From Prevotella sp. (lineage in GTDB: Bacteria; Bacteroidota; Bacteroidia; Bacteroidales; Bacteroidaceae): DNA of 47,107 nucleotides. A program made the translations under genes and the position numbers. The notes below the pieces were generated by a model. That model worked only from the letters and a program-made list of their open reading frames with translations, did not search any database and had not been told where the DNA came from. Positions 36,134 to 44,333 of this stretch are shown here, one piece after another (the stretch's first letter is position 1; each line of letters starts with the position of its first letter). Location of the stretch: NCBI GenBank assembly GCA_016283605.1, contig JAEENF010000079.1, forward strand, positions 1 to 47,107, read 5' to 3'.

Positions 36134-37072
36134 ATGGCTGTACATAAAAAATACGACCGTAATGTGTTGGGCAGAGGCCTCGACAATATCGGTACGGGAA
36201 AAGGCAGAGGCCTTGACGCACTGATACAAACCGGAGATGTTCAAACAGAAGGCACATCCAACCTCAATGAGATTGCACTCAACCTGATAGACCCCAATCC
36301 GAATCAGCCCAGACGGGAGTTTGATGAGGATGCCATGCATGAACTGGCGGCAAGTATCAAGGAGATTGGCATCATTACACCAATCACCCTGCGTCAGATG
36401 ACGGACGGCAGATATCAGATCATCGCCGGAGAACGCAGATGGCGGGCATCACAACTAGCAGGACTGATGTCTATCCCTGCATATATCCGTACAGTAGAGG
36501 ATGAAAATGTGATGGAAATGGCATTGGTGGAGAACATCCAACGCGAAGACCTGAACGCCATTGAAATCGCTTTGGCCTACCAGCACCTGGTGGACACTTC
36601 CGGACTCACTCAGGAGAAAATCTCCGAGCGTGTCGGCAAGAGTCGCGCGGCCATCACCAACTATCTGCGTCTGCTGAAACTGCCGGCACAGATTCAGATG
36701 GCCCTAAAAAATCACGAGATGGATATGGGTCATGCACGAGCATTGCTCGCTTTAGACAGTCCCTCAGCACAAATCAAAGTGTTTAAGGATGTCCTGAAGA
36801 ACGGCTATTCTGTCAGAAAGGTGGAAGAACTAGTTCAATTGATTAAAAATGGTGAAGACGACCAGACTGCTAAAAAGACTATCGCCACTAAGACACAACT
36901 CCCCAAAGAGTTCGTCGTACTAAAGAAAAGACTGGCTGACTTTTTCAAGACCAAGGTACAGATGACTTACTCCTCTAAAGGCAAGGGTAAAATCAGCATC
37001 CCCTTTGCTAATGAACAGGAATTGGAAAACATCATGAACGCAATTGATGGAATAAAACATGCAGAAGATTAA
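36134..37072 (+). CDS. parB: Chromosome partitioning protein ParB/Spo0J
   Basis: LGRGL, PNPNQPRREF, IIAGERRWRA, ENIQREDLN, HTH GKSRAAITNYLRLL, GHARALL. Confidence 0.96.
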   Translation: MAVHKKYDRNVLGRGLDNIGTGKGRGLDALIQTGDVQTEGTSNLNEIALNLIDPNPNQPRREFDEDAMHELAASIKEIGIITPITLRQMTDGRYQIIAGERRWRASQLAGLMSIPAYIRTVEDENVMEMALVENIQREDLNAIEIALAYQHLVDTSGLTQEKISERVGKSRAAITNYLRLLKLPAQIQMALKNHEMDMGHARALLALDSPSAQIKVFKDVLKNGYSVRKVEELVQLIKNGEDDQTAKKTIATKTQLPKEFVVLKKRLADFFKTKVQMTYSSKGKGKISIPFANEQELENIMNAIDGIKHAED

Positions 37073-37769
37073 GAACTGGATCGCAACAGCATTGCTTTTC
37101 ACAGGAACGGTTTCCCTCTACGCACAAGAAACGGTTCCCGATACGATTTCTGTTCCTACAGACAGTCTGATTGAAGAAAGCTTTGCTCCTGCAGACAGTT
37201 TGAAAAGTATCCTGCTGACAGACTCTATTTCAAAGCCCTTGAAAGTTAAGAAAGACTGGTCACAATGGCAACCTGATCCACAAAGGGCACTGTGGCTGGC
37301 TCTCGTCATTCCTGGAGGTGGACAGATTTACAACCGGAAATACTGGAAACTGCCACTCGTCTATGGCGGATTCATCGGTTGCTTGTATGCCATGAACTGG
37401 AACAACAACATGTATAAAGACTACTCTCAAGCTTATCTCGATATCACAGACAACGACCCCGGAACGGCCAGCTACAACAAGTTCCTGCATCTGGGTATGC
37501 AGATTACTCCAACTAATGAAAATCGATATAAGGAAATTTTCAAGAGTCGTAAAAACAAATACCGCCGTTGGCGCGATCTGAGTTTTTTTGTACTATGTGG
37601 TGTCTATGCTCTCTCTGTTATCGATGCATATGTCGATGCGGAGTTGTCAGTCTTCGACATATCGAGGGATCTAAGTCTACGGGTAGAACCGACAATCATG
37701 GACAATCACTCGTCACGGAACCCGTTGGATGCCTCATCCATAGGCCTGCAGTGTAGTCTGAACTTCTGA
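37059..37769 (+). CDS. DUF5683-domain membrane protein
   Basis: PGGGQIYNRKYWKLPLVYG and IDAYVDAEL..FDIS.DLS; usual position after parB in Bacteroidales. Confidence 0.8.
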   Translation: MQKIKNWIATALLFTGTVSLYAQETVPDTISVPTDSLIEESFAPADSLKSILLTDSISKPLKVKKDWSQWQPDPQRALWLALVIPGGGQIYNRKYWKLPLVYGGFIGCLYAMNWNNNMYKDYSQAYLDITDNDPGTASYNKFLHLGMQITPTNENRYKEIFKSRKNKYRRWRDLSFFVLCGVYALSVIDAYVDAELSVFDISRDLSLRVEPTIMDNHSSRNPLDASSIGLQCSLNF

Positions 37770-37797
37770 GAAAAAAGTAAAAAAGAAAAAAGAAATA

Positions 37798-39237
37798 ATG
37801 AAGAAAAAACTATTATGGATGCTCGTCGCAATGCTATTCATCGGCAACTGTAAACTTCAGGCACAGACGGTGATAGAAGATGATGAGGAAGAAGAAGAGG
37901 ATGATGTAGAAATGGCACTCGGAGAAGACGAGTTTGCCGTCACTGATGAAGAAGGTAACGAGGAAGTCATCGAGTTCCCAGAGGCGATGACGTATGATCT
38001 CGACAGTCTGTTGAATCTCTATATGTCGAAGACTTATCTGAGTGGTGATAACGACTGTGAGATGAAGAATGTCAACCCTGTATATCCCAGAGAGGTGTTT
38101 ATCGAACGACTCAGCCGTATACCGTCAGTCATGGAACTGGCCTATAACGACGTGGTCCAGAAATTCATCGACCGCTATAGTGGACGTCTGCGCTACTCAG
38201 TCAGTTATATGTTAGGTGCATGTAATTTCTACCTCCCAATCTTCGAAGAAGCATTGGAAGCTTACCAGTTGCCATTGGAACTGAAATACCTACCCATCAT
38301 TGAGTCGGCCCTAAACCCCAAGGCTGTATCACGAGCCGGAGCAACTGGCCTATGGCAGTTTATGATTGGTACCGGCAAACAATATGGTCTGGAGGTCAAC
38401 TCCCTCGTCGATGAACGCAGGGATCCCGTAAAGTCTTCCTATGCCGCAGCACGTTATCTCAGGGATCTTTATAAAATCTTCGGCGACTGGAACCTGGTCA
38501 TTGCGGCTTACAACTGCGGTCCGGAGAATATCAACAAGGCCATCCACCGAGCCAACGCATCTACAGGACAACCACAGGAAGGTGAGAATGCCATGCCCAT
38601 CAACAAAGACTATTGGCATATCTATCCATACCTCCCTGCCGAAACCAGGGGATATGTACCGGCATTCATTGCCGCCAACTATATCATGACTTACTATTGC
38701 GAGCACAACATCTGTCCGATGACCACCCGTCTACCAGCACAGACTGACACCATCGTCGTCGACAGAAACGTCCATCTTGAACAAATCGCAGCGGTCCTGA
38801 ATCTGGATCTCGACATGCTCCGTTCACTGAACCCGGAGTATCGTCGTGACATCGTTCCTGGACTCACAAAACCCTCTGCCATCCGACTGCCGATGGCTGA
38901 TACAGGCCGTTTCATAGACAATGCGGACTCCATCTATGCCTACCGCGCCGATGATCTGCTGAGCAAACGTACCGAAGTGGCCATCAACGATGATGTACCA
39001 ACCTATACGACGCGCACTAAAGTTAGCCGTAGAAACTCAAGAGCGACACGCAATAGCCGTTCTGCACGTAGAGGCAGAGGAAGAAATAGTCGCGGCGGTA
39101 GTTCTGTAACCATACAACGTGGTCAAACCCTGTCACAGATTGCCAAGCGTAACGGCACTACCGTCGCTAAGCTCAAGAAATTGAACGGCATTAGAGGTAA
39201 TAAAATTCAGGCTGGTAAGAAAATCAGAGTCAGATAA
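37798..39237 (+). CDS. mltD: Lytic murein transglycosylase (MltD-like) with LysM domains
   Basis: SLT motifs IIESALNP, AGATGLWQFM, AAYNCG, ETRGYVP; C-terminal LysM GQTLSQIAKRNGTTVAKLKKLN. Confidence 0.88.
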   Translation: MKKKLLWMLVAMLFIGNCKLQAQTVIEDDEEEEEDDVEMALGEDEFAVTDEEGNEEVIEFPEAMTYDLDSLLNLYMSKTYLSGDNDCEMKNVNPVYPREVFIERLSRIPSVMELAYNDVVQKFIDRYSGRLRYSVSYMLGACNFYLPIFEEALEAYQLPLELKYLPIIESALNPKAVSRAGATGLWQFMIGTGKQYGLEVNSLVDERRDPVKSSYAAARYLRDLYKIFGDWNLVIAAYNCGPENINKAIHRANASTGQPQEGENAMPINKDYWHIYPYLPAETRGYVPAFIAANYIMTYYCEHNICPMTTRLPAQTDTIVVDRNVHLEQIAAVLNLDLDMLRSLNPEYRRDIVPGLTKPSAIRLPMADTGRFIDNADSIYAYRADDLLSKRTEVAINDDVPTYTTRTKVSRRNSRATRNSRSARRGRGRNSRGGSSVTIQRGQTLSQIAKRNGTTVAKLKKLNGIRGNKIQAGKKIRVR

Positions 39238-39257
39238 AATCTTAGAAGGAATTGACT

Positions 39258-41525
39258 ATGGATGAAGAGCAAATCAGACAAGAGAGTGCAGATGAGAAGT
39301 TGATTAATGACGCCTTCCAGGAACTGCTGGACGACTATCTTTCTTCACGCCATCGCAAGAAGGTCGACTTAATCACAAAGGCCTTCAACTTTGCACGACA
39401 AGCCCATAAGGGAGTACGCCGTCTGTCTGGTGAGCCTTACATCATGCACCCCATTGCCGTGGCTTACATCGCCTGCCATGAAGTAGGGCTGGGGTCTACA
39501 AGTATCTGCTCTGCACTGCTTCATGATGTTGTAGAAGATACTGACTACACCGTCGAGGACATCGAGAACATCTTCGGTTCCAAGATAGCTCAGATTGTTG
39601 ACGGATTGACCAAAATCAGCGGTGGTATCTTCGGAGAACATGCCTCTGCCCAAGCAGAGAACTTCAAAAAACTCCTGTTGACAATGAGCGATGACATCCG
39701 CGTGATCCTCATCAAGATTTGTGACCGTCTGCATAATATGCGGACGCTGGACTCACAGCCCGCCAACAAACAATACAAAATTGCAGGCGAGACATTGTAT
39801 ATCTATGCACCTCTCGCCAACCGTCTGGGTCTTAACAAGATCAAGTCGGAATTAGAAAACCTCAGTTTTAAGTTTGAGCATCCTGCAGAGTATACCTCCA
39901 TCTCTAAGAAACTGGAACATACCCAACTGCAACGTGAACAACTGTTCGATCAATTTACGAAACCCATCAAAGAATCTCTCAACAAGATGGGTATCCAATA
40001 CGAAATCAAGCAACGTGTAAAGACACCCTACTCTATATGGAGTAAGATGCAGAACAAACACGTGTCATTCGAGGAAATCTACGATATCCTGGCTGTACGT
40101 ATCATCTTCACCCCACGTATCAGGGAAGAAGAGGTTAACGAATGCTTCAATATCTATGTCGCCATATCAAAAATATACAAATCACACCCCGACAGGTTGC
40201 GTGACTGGCTCAGCCATCCAAAGGCTAACGGCTATCAGGCACTACACGTCACTTTGATGTCAAAGACGGGACAGTGGATAGAGGTACAGATACGTTCTGA
40301 CAGGATGGACGAGACGGCTGAACAGGGTTTTGCCGCCCATTGGAAATACAAGGATGGTCTGGAGGATGAAGAATATACAGAGGATGAGGCCGAGCTCAAC
40401 GACTGGTTACGTACCATCAAGGAGATTCTCGATGACCCACAACCTGATGCGATGGACTTCCTCGACACCATCAAACTCAACCTCTTCGCCAGTGAGATCT
40501 TTGTCTTCACGCCGAAGGGTGAGATCAAGACGATGCCAGCCGGGTGTACAGCACTTGATTTCGCATTCTCCATTCACACCTTCTTAGGTAGCCATTGCAT
40601 CGGTGCAAAGGTGAACCACAAACTGGTTCCCCTTTCCCACAAGCTGCAGAGTGGTGACCAGGTGGAGATCCTTACCTCTAAATCGCAACATGCAAGTCCG
40701 GCATGGATCAACTTTGTCTCCACAGCGAAGGCAAAGGCCAAGATACAGGCTATCCTCAGACGTGAGAACCGCGAGATTCAGAAAAAAGGCGAGGAGATTC
40801 TCCAGGAGTTCCTCAAGAAAAACGGTTTTGAGTCATCGTTCAACATCATTGACCAGTTGGCAGAATTTCATGAGATCCATAAACGTAACGAGTTTTTCAT
40901 TGCATTGGGCGAAAAAACCGTTCTTTTAGGTGAAAAGGATATCGACGAACTCAATGGCAAGAACAAAAAGAGTGAGAATAAAGGAGGCTGGCGGAAATAT
41001 GTACCGTTTATTAGCTCGAAGAAAACCGAAGAGGATGAGAAACAGGATCTGTTTGTTGTTCCGGAGAAGTTCAATAAGAAGAAACCGATATTCATCTCTG
41101 AAGGAAATATCAATCAATATAAGTTCCCTGGTTGCTGCCATCCTATCCCTGGGGATGACGCTCTAGGCTACATCGACAACAAAAATCAGATAGAGATTCA
41201 TAAACGTACCTGTCCTGTGGCGGCCAAACTCAAGAGCAGCTACGGCAACCGCATTCTTGACATCAAATGGGATATGCACAAGAAACTCTACTTCGATGCC
41301 ACCATCCGTCTGAGCGGTATTGACAGGATAGGTCTGCTCAACGAGGTGACACAAATCATCTCTTCACAGATGAATGTCAATATCCATACCGTCAACATCA
41401 CTTGCGAAGAGGGCATCTTCGATGGAAGCATCGAGTTACGAGTCCATGACCGTGAGGATGTCAAGAGCATTATAGATAACCTCAAGTCTGTGACCGACCT
41501 CAAAGAGATATCACAAATCATGTAA
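39258..41525 (+). CDS. relA: Bifunctional (p)ppGpp synthetase/hydrolase (RelA/SpoT family)
   Basis: HD motif ALLHDVVED, DRLHNMRTL, synthetase NGYQALH/EVQIR, TGS DFAFSIHT, CCHPIPGD, C-terminal ACT. Start may be TTG 39252 or ATG 39258. Confidence 0.93.
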   Translation: MDEEQIRQESADEKLINDAFQELLDDYLSSRHRKKVDLITKAFNFARQAHKGVRRLSGEPYIMHPIAVAYIACHEVGLGSTSICSALLHDVVEDTDYTVEDIENIFGSKIAQIVDGLTKISGGIFGEHASAQAENFKKLLLTMSDDIRVILIKICDRLHNMRTLDSQPANKQYKIAGETLYIYAPLANRLGLNKIKSELENLSFKFEHPAEYTSISKKLEHTQLQREQLFDQFTKPIKESLNKMGIQYEIKQRVKTPYSIWSKMQNKHVSFEEIYDILAVRIIFTPRIREEEVNECFNIYVAISKIYKSHPDRLRDWLSHPKANGYQALHVTLMSKTGQWIEVQIRSDRMDETAEQGFAAHWKYKDGLEDEEYTEDEAELNDWLRTIKEILDDPQPDAMDFLDTIKLNLFASEIFVFTPKGEIKTMPAGCTALDFAFSIHTFLGSHCIGAKVNHKLVPLSHKLQSGDQVEILTSKSQHASPAWINFVSTAKAKAKIQAILRRENREIQKKGEEILQEFLKKNGFESSFNIIDQLAEFHEIHKRNEFFIALGEKTVLLGEKDIDELNGKNKKSENKGGWRKYVPFISSKKTEEDEKQDLFVVPEKFNKKKPIFISEGNINQYKFPGCCHPIPGDDALGYIDNKNQIEIHKRTCPVAAKLKSSYGNRILDIKWDMHKKLYFDATIRLSGIDRIGLLNEVTQIISSQMNVNIHTVNITCEEGIFDGSIELRVHDREDVKSIIDNLKSVTDLKEISQIM

Positions 41526-41529
41526 CGAT

Positions 41530-42483
41530 ATGAAAAAACTACTGACAACTACTCTACTACTTCTCTCGCTGACAGTTTCTGCTGCTGGCAAGTATGATAA
41601 TCCGGATACCCTTGTAGTGGCTCGCGATGGCACAGGAGAATTCCGTACTATTGATGAAGCCATTGAAGTCTGCAGGGCTTTTATGGACTACCATAAGGTC
41701 ATTTTTGTCAAAAAAGGAATCTACAAGGAAAAACTAGTTATCCCATCGTGGCTACAGAACATAGAAATCTGCGGAGAAGATGTCAACGAGACCGTCATCA
41801 CCTACGATGACCATGCAAATATTAATAAAATGGGGACCTTCCGCACCTATACCCTTAAGATTGAAGGCAACGATATCACACTTAAGAATATCACAATAGA
41901 GAATAACTCCGCCCGTTTGGGACAGGCCGTAGCGCTCCATACGGAAGGGGACAGAATCAAAGTGATTCATTGTCGGATCATCGGGCACCAAGATACAATC
42001 TATACGGGTGTGGCGGGCACACGGCTCTTTTTCCGGGATTGTTATATCTGTGGCACCACAGACTTTATCTTCGGACCTTCTATTGCATGGTTCGAGGGCT
42101 GCACCATCGAGAGTCTCGTCAATAGTTACATCACTGCGGCATCCACACCTAAAGATCAGCCTTTTGGATATATCTTCAACAACTGTCGCCTGACTGCTAA
42201 GGAAGGTGTGAATCAAGTATATTTGGGCCGACCATGGCGCGACTATGGCTATACCTTATTCATGAATTGTGACCTCGGCAAGCACATCCGTCCTGAGGGA
42301 TGGCACCATTGGGAAAAACAACGTGAACAGACTGCACGCTACTTGGAATATAACAACCACGGTGAAGGGGCTTCCACCAAGGAACGCGTTGTATGGAGTC
42401 GACAGCTCACCAAAAAAGAAGCTGTAGTTATCACTCCCGAAACGGTATTTTCTATCAGCGACAGATGGAATCCTGTAAAATAA
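41530..42483 (+). CDS. Pectin methylesterase (CE8)
   Basis: VARDGTGEFRTIDEAI, GIYKEK, QAVAL, QDTIY, DFIFG, YLGRPW; signal peptide. Confidence 0.92.
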   Translation: MKKLLTTTLLLLSLTVSAAGKYDNPDTLVVARDGTGEFRTIDEAIEVCRAFMDYHKVIFVKKGIYKEKLVIPSWLQNIEICGEDVNETVITYDDHANINKMGTFRTYTLKIEGNDITLKNITIENNSARLGQAVALHTEGDRIKVIHCRIIGHQDTIYTGVAGTRLFFRDCYICGTTDFIFGPSIAWFEGCTIESLVNSYITAASTPKDQPFGYIFNNCRLTAKEGVNQVYLGRPWRDYGYTLFMNCDLGKHIRPEGWHHWEKQREQTARYLEYNNHGEGASTKERVVWSRQLTKKEAVVITPETVFSISDRWNPVK

Positions 42484-42496
42484 AACAGAAGAGGTT

Positions 42497-42847
42497 TTAT
42501 TGCAGACCGTCGAACTGACGTTTCAGGGCCTGTAGCTGATCACGTACACCCATTAATGACTCTAACACGTCAGCCTTCTTGTCGGCACCCTTACGGTTCT
42601 GACTCAGAATCTTCTTAGCGGCGGCTATCTTGAAACCACGTACCTTTATCAGGTTATGTATCACGCGGATCTCCTCAATATCCTTCTCCTGATACTGACG
42701 GATCTTAGCGGGACCGCTGGTTTTCGGTTTCAGATATGGAAACTCCTGCTCCCAATAACGGAGCGTACTCTCGTTTAATCCAAACATCTTGGCGACTTCC
42801 CCGATGTTGTAGTACAATTTGAGTTTTTTATTCAGATTCAGTGCCAT
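42497..42847 (-). CDS. MerR-family transcriptional regulator
   Basis: YNIGEVAKMFGLNESTLRYWEQEF…RQY…RGFKIAAAK. Confidence 0.9.
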   Translation of the reverse strand: MALNLNKKLKLYYNIGEVAKMFGLNESTLRYWEQEFPYLKPKTSGPAKIRQYQEKDIEEIRVIHNLIKVRGFKIAAAKKILSQNRKGADKKADVLESLMGVRDQLQALKRQFDGLQ

Positions 42848-42867
42848 AACTACTTATATTTATTATC

Positions 42868-43782
42868 TTATATCAAATCGCACCAGCGATAGTGCATCAG
42901 CAGGTGTCCCCATCGTCTGATACGCTGATTCTCACCCATCAGTTCACCCATTAGGAACTGACCTTCGTGTTCCATCGGTGCCAAAGGGAGGTTCTTACCA
43001 TCAAGCGCAAAGACGGTCTGCATCATCCACATCACACCACCCGAGAAACGCGACAGACGCAGGGACGTCAGTACTTCCTCGACAGTAGTACGCGGAAAAT
43101 TGAACTTCTTAGAACTATCCTCAGACCAACGTAGAAGGAAGAACAAGTCCATGAGGTCACGCATAATCAGCCGTCCACTGATATACTGGTTGTAGAGGTA
43201 GACCATTTGAAGAATAACAACAACCGCATAGGAGGGAACTGTCAGTTCACCGGCCTTCCTGAAAAGCTGGTCATCATTCTGCAACAACCATCTCTCCAAC
43301 TTCCGGCTTCGTTGAGAAGATTTGCCAACCTTAACAGAATCACAAAGTCTCACATCCATATCCGACCATTCTTTAAGATTGACTTGATGAACATCACCAC
43401 GGACATAGAGATCAGAGCCATTCGACTGACGCAGCGTCTGCAAATCCTTATCATAGAAACGAGCAAGGACAGCACCGGTCAGAAAAGAGGAACGGACGCC
43501 ATGTCCTTCCAGTTCCTGTTGCAAGGCCACAAGACGTTTGGCAGTACCTCTGTTCTGTTCTTTCAGATCCTCCGCCTCCGCCATCCAGTCAAGAGACAAA
43601 TCCTGAGGAGCACGAAGACCATACTCGAATAAAGCGACTACACTTCGATAACAGATAGCTGCCACCGACTGTTGTTGTGCTAAGGTATACAACTCCTGCC
43701 ACTCTTCTGGCGATGGACCACGTTCAACGCAGTCGAGTTGTCCTACGGCAACCTGCATTATTTCGAAAAACAGTTTGTTCAT
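42868..43782 (-). CDS. Nucleotidyltransferase-family (NTP_transf_5-like) protein with degenerate active site
   Basis: EEWQELYTLAQQQSVAAI N-terminus, LTG..LARFY…R…SDLYV, MRDLMDL, GGVMWMMQTVF resemble Bacteroidales NTP_transf_5 proteins. Start placed at ATG 43782. Confidence 0.6.
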   Translation of the reverse strand: MNKLFFEIMQVAVGQLDCVERGPSPEEWQELYTLAQQQSVAAICYRSVVALFEYGLRAPQDLSLDWMAEAEDLKEQNRGTAKRLVALQQELEGHGVRSSFLTGAVLARFYDKDLQTLRQSNGSDLYVRGDVHQVNLKEWSDMDVRLCDSVKVGKSSQRSRKLERWLLQNDDQLFRKAGELTVPSYAVVVILQMVYLYNQYISGRLIMRDLMDLFFLLRWSEDSSKKFNFPRTTVEEVLTSLRLSRFSGGVMWMMQTVFALDGKNLPLAPMEHEGQFLMGELMGENQRIRRWGHLLMHYRWCDLI

Positions 43783-43811
43783 ATCCTCTCTGGATGTTTT
43801 AATTTCGGGTA

Positions 43812-43923
43812 CAAATATACGAAAAAAAAGTGAAAAAAGAATCGCGAATAAGGAAAAAATATTGCTGAGTACTAAATTTATCATATATCATTTCTCATTT
43901 CTCATTTAAAATGACTACTTTTG
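43812..43923. promoter_or_regulatory. Divergent Bacteroidetes promoters
   Basis: Minus TATATTTG at 43819-43812 and plus TACTTTTG(CA) at 43916-43923. Confidence 0.6.
43881..43908 (+). repeat. Degenerate 7-nt tandem repeat (4 units)
   Basis: TCATATA TCATTTC TCATTTC TCATTTA. Confidence 0.7.
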
Positions 43924-43931
43924 CAGCGGAA

Positions 43932-44282
43932 ATGAAAAGACAAGGTAAAAGGATTGCATCAGCTTGGCTATTATTATCGGTATTCGTATCGATAATCCTA
44001 CTCTCGGGACTGCACCGTCATGAGACCATAGCCAATGTCGCAGCCGACTGTGTGGAATGTGCACACCACGTGCATCACTCAGGCCACTTTACCGTGGCAA
44101 CAGATCACATGGACGACTGCGTACTCTGCCAGTTCCTTACGCTTGTCTATACCGCAGCTTCGGCAACACTGCTGACGCTTTTCATCAAACACACACAGAA
44201 GGGACGGTTTATATTTTGTCAAGCATTAGTGCTACAAGAACCATCTATTCTGTGTACCCGTGGTCCTCCATTCATGATGTAA
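43932..44282 (+). CDS. DUF2946/CruR-like small protein with His/CxxC cluster and C-terminal RGPP motif (candidate regulatory leader ORF)
   Basis: N-terminal hydrophobic segment, HRHE, CVEC-AHHVHHSGH, DHMDD-CVLC, and RGPP three residues before the stop; directly upstream of a TonB-dependent receptor. Confidence 0.72.
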   Translation: MKRQGKRIASAWLLLSVFVSIILLSGLHRHETIANVAADCVECAHHVHHSGHFTVATDHMDDCVLCQFLTLVYTAASATLLTLFIKHTQKGRFIFCQALVLQEPSILCTRGPPFMM

Positions 44283-44333
44283 TTCCCCCAAAAGAGTTAT
44301 TACACATTATTTATTATAATAAGGATTTACAGA

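Noticed and set aside
35239-37800. parS site near parAB
   Set aside because: No TGTTNCACGTGAAACA-like palindrome was seen by eye; a degenerate site could be missed.
42481-42499. TAAAAC/GTTTTA hairpin as terminator between CE8 and merR
   Set aside because: A 6-bp AT-rich stem is too weak to call.
44311-44322. Perfect palindrome TTATTATAATAA before the TonB receptor as a Fur/PerR-type operator
   Set aside because: Short, purely A/T and in an AT-rich spacer, so likely by chance; no supporting promoter overlaps it.
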